Part shown: positions 57,665 to 64,000 of the stretch, in pieces | Layout of the letters: every line of letters starts with the position of its first letter | How positions within the stretch are numbered: position 1 is the stretch's first letter | From: the human T2T-CHM13v2.0 reference genome, Homo sapiens | DNA: 64,000 bases | Direction: 5' to 3' (one strand) | Assembly (NCBI RefSeq): GCF_009914755.1 | Contig: NC_060928.1 | Notes under the pieces: model-generated | Told to the model about the DNA's origin: nothing | Database searches by the model: none | Seen by the model: only the letters and a program-made list of their open reading frames with translations | Position numbers and translations under genes: made by a program

Positions 57665-59957
57665 TTACATCATATCCCCAACTCAATGATGTGTAGAAAT
57701 GCTGACTTTCCTCTCTTTCTTGAATTTTTAACATGGGAACATACTAGTTGTGAAGAATCAAAATATTTCATTTAGACTCATGATGCCATACTGTTAACAT
57801 CCAATTTAGGATAATATTTCCTACTTTTTCTTCTGCTCTGAACCCTGACTCCTTTTTACTTTTAATTTAATACAGATTAAAAAGGCACATGGTATATAAC
57901 TAGGTTTATGATGAAAAATGGTATTACCCTGCTGTCATCTCTACTTCCAGCTCAGTGTGTGAAGATAATTCATTGTCTTCCATTTCTCCTCTAAGGCTAC
58001 CCATCTCATTTACTGACATCATTATCTCCTTACTCTTGTCTTCAGATCTGATGTCTCCAGTACTATTGACTTCCTTCTCTGGTTTTCTCTTCTCCATTCT
58101 CACAGGCACTGCCTTACTTAAAAGGTTGCCTCTTGCCTCTTGCCTGTTTCCCATGCACCAGTGGAGTTGCCTCCTAACTAATCTGCATGCTTCTGATTTC
58201 TCCTGTCTGTGGTCTTTCTTCCATACCACTGCCAGTTTGCTTTCTAAAACACAGTTCTAAATCATTTTTCTACTCTACTCAAAAGTTTGGTGGCCTTCCA
58301 AATAAATTCTAGGTTCCTTAGGATGATTTTTAAATTTTAGATCTGTCCCAAGTCTTTCTTGTCTCATTTCTATTGATCTCCCTGTTCATTATTGAAAATG
58401 ATTATCCACTTATTCTCAAATTGACCACTTGCTTTCACACCTACACCTTTATGTACTTTGTTGTCTCTGTTTGAAATACCCTTTCTTCCTATCTCTACTT
58501 GTCAAAATCATTCAAGGTCCCACTTAAGTTCTACCTTCTCCTAGAATCTTTTCTGGTCTCTCTTAGACTATCTCTCCATCCTGTACTCTAGTCCTATAGC
58601 AGTCTTTATTCCTGAGTGTTGGCACTTGCATTTCAGCCATTTGATTCTCTGTCCCATCTGACATCTTTAAAAGTACAGTAAAGTCCTATCAGAAAATGTT
58701 TTGTTGATGTATGACTTTTGTCCTGCCAGGGTTAGATTGTATCACTAATTTAGTGATGCATAGGAATGCCCTGTTTAGCTGAGGGGGCAGGTGGTAGGAA
58801 ATGTGACCCGGGGAATGAAGTCACTATTAGATGTGTTCCTGATGTAGAAATGTATTACCTGCAGTGAATGAACAGTTATGCATTTATTGACTGATCCCTT
58901 TGCCTTCTTTGACATGCTTAACAGTTATTCTAATGTTGCTTAGCAAGAAGAGCTTCAGCTCATCTGAGACTCCCTACCCCTAAGCTGCTATATCATCCAG
59001 CATACATGTTAATGATTGAAATTCATGGTGTTCCTTTAGTAAATGATCAGAAGACCATCAAGAGTGAAAATCAGATATTGTTGGTAGACAGAACACAGAA
59101 AAGAAAACACAGAAAAGCATAGGCAGGCAAGTGCTTACTGAATAAGTGCCGGATAGAATCCATATTAATTTGTCACAGTGTTTTTATTGTGTGTGGTTTT
59201 TCTCTGTTCCTAGAATTGTCCTGTTATACCTATTAGCACCACATAACTATATGTGTTGACCACTTCGGTAAAGTGCATTGTGCTTTGCCCACTAAGAAAA
59301 AAAGAAAAAAGTATACTATAACAGATTTGGAATAGTAGCAAGTGTTTATTTTCCTTAACTAAGGAAATGTGCCAGTGGGGCTGGCTGTTTTATAACTCCT
59401 TTCTTGTGGTAGTTAAGGAAATTGCTGTACTATTGCAAATGATGAAAAATGCTGGCATTAATGCAAATAAAGACCTGAGAGATTCAAATAACTATTAGAG
59501 GGGTATTAAAAGATGTAGTGTTGACCTAGATATTTTTGAATACGTCAGGAATGAGACAATTATTAGCATTATCTGAAGTTCATTTTCTTTAATATATTTA
59601 TGTTACAGCTTATGCAAGTGAACTTGCTTATTTGCAAATTAACAAGTCTTTCTTTGGGAAGAAGGGCTCTACTCCTGTTTACCACATCATTTAGGGCCTT
59701 GAATACCAATTAAAATGCCCTAAAACGTTGCTGGCAGGCTATAAACATACACTTATTCTGCTTAAAGCAAAGCAGAATAAACAAAATAAGACTCATTGAA
59801 AGAAAATTGAAAAACATTTACACAATAATTATGCAGCTTGTACTATAAGGTCTTAGAAAATTTTGAAGGCGTATTTATATTAGTGCTGAAATATGACCCA
59901 TGTACTACAAAGATCTGAATTAAAACTGCTAGATTTAATTCCTTCCATTAATTTTCT

Positions 59958-60430
59958 TTTTATTTTTGAGTAAGTTTAGATTTACACAAGAGTTCCAAAG
60001 ATAGTACAGACTTCCCATAAATCCTTCACCCACTTTCCCCTGATGTTAACATCTTACACAACTATTATGCATTTGTCAAAACAAGACATGAATATTGGTC
60101 ATTTCTGTTAACTAAACTCCAAACTTTATTTGGCTTTCACCACTCTTCCATTAATGTTCTTTTTCTATTCCAGGATTCAATCCAGAATATTGTATTGTCT
60201 GCTTAGTCTCCTCTGGTCTGTAACAATATCTTAGTCCTTTCCTGTTTTTCATTACCTTGATCACTTGGTTATGTAAGGTAGTGTCTGCCAGGTCTCTTCC
60301 CTGGAAAGTTACTATCTTTCTCTTTCCATACTCTGTTCTCTGGAAGAGTATAGTCACTAAGTCTATACTCAAGGGGAGGAGGGATTAAACTTCATCTCCT
60401 GGAGTGGGGATTATCTATATGTATTGATTT
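59958..60430 (-). mobile_element. Old L1MB/MC 3' remnant
   Basis: TTTAGATTTACA..ATAGTACAGA..GTTAACATCTTACA. Confidence 0.6.
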
Positions 60431-60594
60431 CTTTAATTTAGGGAAGTTGTAGTGAAAGGTTAGGTTTTTGTGGGTTTTTTGTTGTTGTTGTTGTTAACAC
60501 ATCCCCTTTCTTCTAATAGGGCTAGAAGAACTAGTTTGGGACAACAGTCATTAGAATTCTATTAAAATTTCTTAATACACTAATCATTTATCCT

Positions 60595-60880
60595 CTTTTT
60601 AAAAAATTGACACATAATAATTACACATATTTGTGGAGTATAATGTGATGTTTCAATAGACATATACATTGTATAGTGATTAAATCAGGGCATTTGGCCT
60701 ATTTATCACCTCATATGTTTATCATTTCTTTGTGATGAGAACATTCAAAAATCCTCTGTTCTAGTAATTTTGAAACATACACTATAATATTGTTAACTAT
60801 AGTCTCCCTACTGTGTAATAGAACACCAGAATTTATTTCTCCTATCTAACTGTAACTTTGTACCCGTCGACCAATCTCTT
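60595..60880 (-). mobile_element. L1MA 3' end remnant
   Basis: TTGACACATAATAATT..GTGATGAGAACATTCAAAA..CTAACTGTAACTTTGTACCC. Confidence 0.75.
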
Positions 60881-61508
60881 GATGCTTACCTAACTCGGAA
60901 CTATTCCTCTGGAGTAGAAATAAAGAACCTTCCAGGAATATTGACCTGTAGGGTCCTTAAAGGCAGTGCCTCGCTTTGCTTCTTGTGTCACTATCACCTA
61001 CCCTGAAACCTGGCAAACTGAGATCATTAGAGACACCTTCATTTAATGCCAGTTAGAAAAATACAGAAACACAAGAGTTATATCTAGTAAAAGCAAGAGG
61101 AAGGGAACTGATATTTATTTGGAACTTAACCATGTCAGGAACAACATTATTGTATTTTCTATTGACAAGAGTCCTGTGAGGTAGCTATAATCTATTTTCA
61201 AGAAGAGGAAAACTAAAGCAATCAGTCAATCTTAGAAAGGTTAAAATCATAATAGAACAAAATTTGAACTCAGCTCTTCATGATTTCTCAGTTCATTTGC
61301 TTTTCAGTATAAGTTGCCCTTCTGTGTGGGGGTCTCTTATTTACACTTCCCTGTCTCTACCTCTTTATCTTCCTTTTAGTTTCTTCCTCTTTTTAAAAAG
61401 TGTCTTTCTCTTCTTAAAATGATGTATATTTAGAAATCTAGACATTAAGAGAGTGGATCCCACACATCGCTAGTGAAAATATAAATTGGTATAGTCTTTT
61501 GGGTAAAG

Positions 61509-61512
<4 letters not shown>

Positions 61513-61559
<47 letters not shown>
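61513..61559. repeat. (TA)n microsatellite
   Basis: Uninterrupted AT dinucleotide run. Confidence 0.97.
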
Positions 61560-61565
<6 letters not shown>

Positions 61566-62533
61566 AACACACATGTGTATATTGATGGTTCCTATAACTT
61601 TGTGGTGGAAAAACAAGAACTGAACACAAAGCTTATCAGTAGGTGAATGACCAAATGTCCTACATCCTTGATATTGAATATTATGCAGCCACTAGTGATT
61701 TCTAAGCTGTATTGTTAAGTGAGAAATTATATATGTACTTTATATAGGTACATATATAATGATTCCACTTTTTCAAAACAGTGACAGAATAACCCTATAT
61801 GTGTTTTTATATGATTATAAAGCATGGATTTTTTAACAGTGTTCATGTGAGAGAGAGGTAGTAAGAGAAGTATTAAGATTGTGTTCCCATGTATTACAAT
61901 GAGTCTGCACATGGGTACTCACAAAAGGATGCATGAAAGTATAGTCACCAGCTAGAAATCTAGTCAACATGAATCCCTCTCTCTCTCTCTCCCCACCTAA
62001 TCAGTCTCAAAGTTCTGGTGATTTTCAAGAGTTTCTCACATATTTTTCCTACTTTCCATGTCTTCTACTATTGCTTTATTTGTCATTTTTGCTTCAGCTA
62101 CTGAAACAGCCCCCTGACTAGCCCTCCTGCCTTGAGTCTTGTCCACCTCAAATCCACCAACGATTTACTTGCCAAAGTAGACCTATCCAGGGATATCTAA
62201 CATGTAAACTCTCTACTTAAAACTCTTTGTTGATGCCTTCTTACCTGCACTACAAAAGCCAAACCCCTTAGGGTGATCTAAAAAGCCTGGCAAAACTAGG
62301 GCTTGACCACTTCTGTCATTCCCCACCTTCCGCATTTACTCTGACAACTGCAGACTGCCAGTGGTTGTCCGTCTAGGCCATGGGGACTATCCTCAGGTCT
62401 TTGCTTATGCTGTTACTCCTGTTTGAAATCCTCTTCACATCTTTCCCTTCAGCTCCCCACCTCTCTCCCTCCTTCATTTATCCTTTCAAACTGGTTTCTG
62501 GGGTCTCCCTGATCTCCCCTCAACCTCCAGCTA

Positions 62534-62611
62534 GGCTAAGCTGGGTGACTCTCCCGTATGGCTAAGCTGGGTGACTTTCCTGTATGGCTAAGCTGGGTGA
62601 CTCTCCTGTAT
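62534..62611. repeat. 26-bp minisatellite, 3 copies, within an L2-like remnant
   Basis: GGCTAAGCTGGGTGACTYTCCYGTAT x3. Confidence 0.93.
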
Positions 62612-64000
62612 GCCTCTATCTTGTACTTACCCTGTGTACTGTCATGAATTCTTTCTCACTTTCTCTTCTTTACTAAGCAAGGGCGGGAACTGACATTCTC
62701 GTCATTATAATTCTGGTACTTACCATAGTTCCTGGCACTGTTTAGTTGCTCCACAATTGAATGCCAAGATGCTATCCCCTTGGCCACCACGTGCATGGAT
62801 CTTTGAATCATAACCAAAAGTGATTTCACATTCAAACTTTAGAGATTGAAATGAATCATCTTCATATTTAGTAAGTGGAAAAGATGTTTCTTTTATATAT
62901 CTCTAATACAAATAACTTACCAGGTTAAAAGGGTGAGATAATAAGGCTGATACACTTTATTCATTGTTTAAATTGATATATATATATATTTTTTAAATTG
63001 ATACATATGTTTTTAAGTAATTAATGTGCAATCATGGTATTTACACTGTAGCAATTAAAATTAAGGTAGCTTTGTTACTAAATGATTATGGTGGGGATAT
63101 AGTTATTTAGACTCTCAAGAGTAGAACTGCATAGTTATTTAAATATTGATTCTGTGGGTACAGATAGGTATTGTTGAAATAAGTGATATTTGGTTGATAA
63201 TCTGCAATAAGTGAGGCTTAGTGCCTATGATGATGCCACACACTGGGAACCAACAAGTCCCAAAGAAATGTTAGTTTTGATATTTTCAGCTTGTTAGGCA
63301 TTTTTAAAAATGACTCATATGTAGCTGAAAATTCTGTATTAATGACCAGCCACAGACCAGGGCAGTGGTTAGTTTGAGTTGAGTAATAGAATAGTATATT
63401 TTGGGGGCTAATTTTCAAAGTGTTTAGAAAGAGACATTTGACTTTTAAGTTAAGAGAACTGGAGTTGCTAATAAACACTGCAGAAAACAGAAATGTCTTC
63501 TATCTGATTTAATGATTACAACACAAATTATACTCTTTCAGGCCGGGATATTACAGCTCATGTTTCTGAAAAGACTCTCTACATGTTAATTTTTCCACTA
63601 TTACTAGTTTCACTTTAAAGAATAGCAGTTTGAAAGGTAAACTGTTCATAACATTGAACAGGGTAGAGTTTAGGTTTGTTACCATGAGTATTTTTGCTCC
63701 TTAATGCTATTTCAATCATTTTAATAGCAGTAATTTTGTTTTTTTTTTCAGTGGCATACTTCCCAGTTAAAAATATTTTTTATAATCACGATGAATTATG
63801 TAATATGTGCTTTTTTTTTTCTACTACAATTTTTCATAAAAAGGAGTTTTATGGAAATTATAGACAGTAAAGTGATCATTACTATATTAACTGTGATTAT
63901 AAATGGGTTGTTTTCAGGACAGATTTTAGTTCATGGTGAAGTGAATGTTTCTTTTTTGAAAACTTATGTAAAAGTCTGTTAAAGCTGGCTTTAGCTTTCA

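Noticed and set aside
62534-62611. CRISPR-like array
   Set aside because: Head-to-tail repeats with no unique spacers, no cas genes, eukaryotic context

Overview
This is primate, most likely human, genomic DNA rather than prokaryotic DNA. The window covers about 44 kb of repeat-rich intergenic sequence, a CpG island at ~43.8-44.9 kb, the proximal promoter and first coding exon of INTU (inturned, CPLANE/planar-cell-polarity ciliogenesis gene; exon CDS 54005-54150, + strand) and ~10 kb of intron 1. The long ORFs at 11-15.7 kb belong to a full-length but inactivated young LINE-1 (L1PA2/3-like). The rest is Alus, older L1s, MaLR/ERV LTRs (including MER41B), Tigger DNA transposon fragments and L2/CR1 remnants. 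Main observations: (i) a candidate second, phase-compatible coding first exon for INTU in the upstream CpG island; (ii) a perfect TISU/YY1 element that starts a uORF in frame with INTU, separated from it by a single TGA; (iii) several locally templated insertions and fold-back inverted repeats, one with interleaved (pseudoknot-like) topology; (iv) an L1-mobilised polyadenylated LTR fragment at a target site used twice. Repeat subfamily names come from recall of consensus sequences, and boundaries without a stated TSD are approximate.
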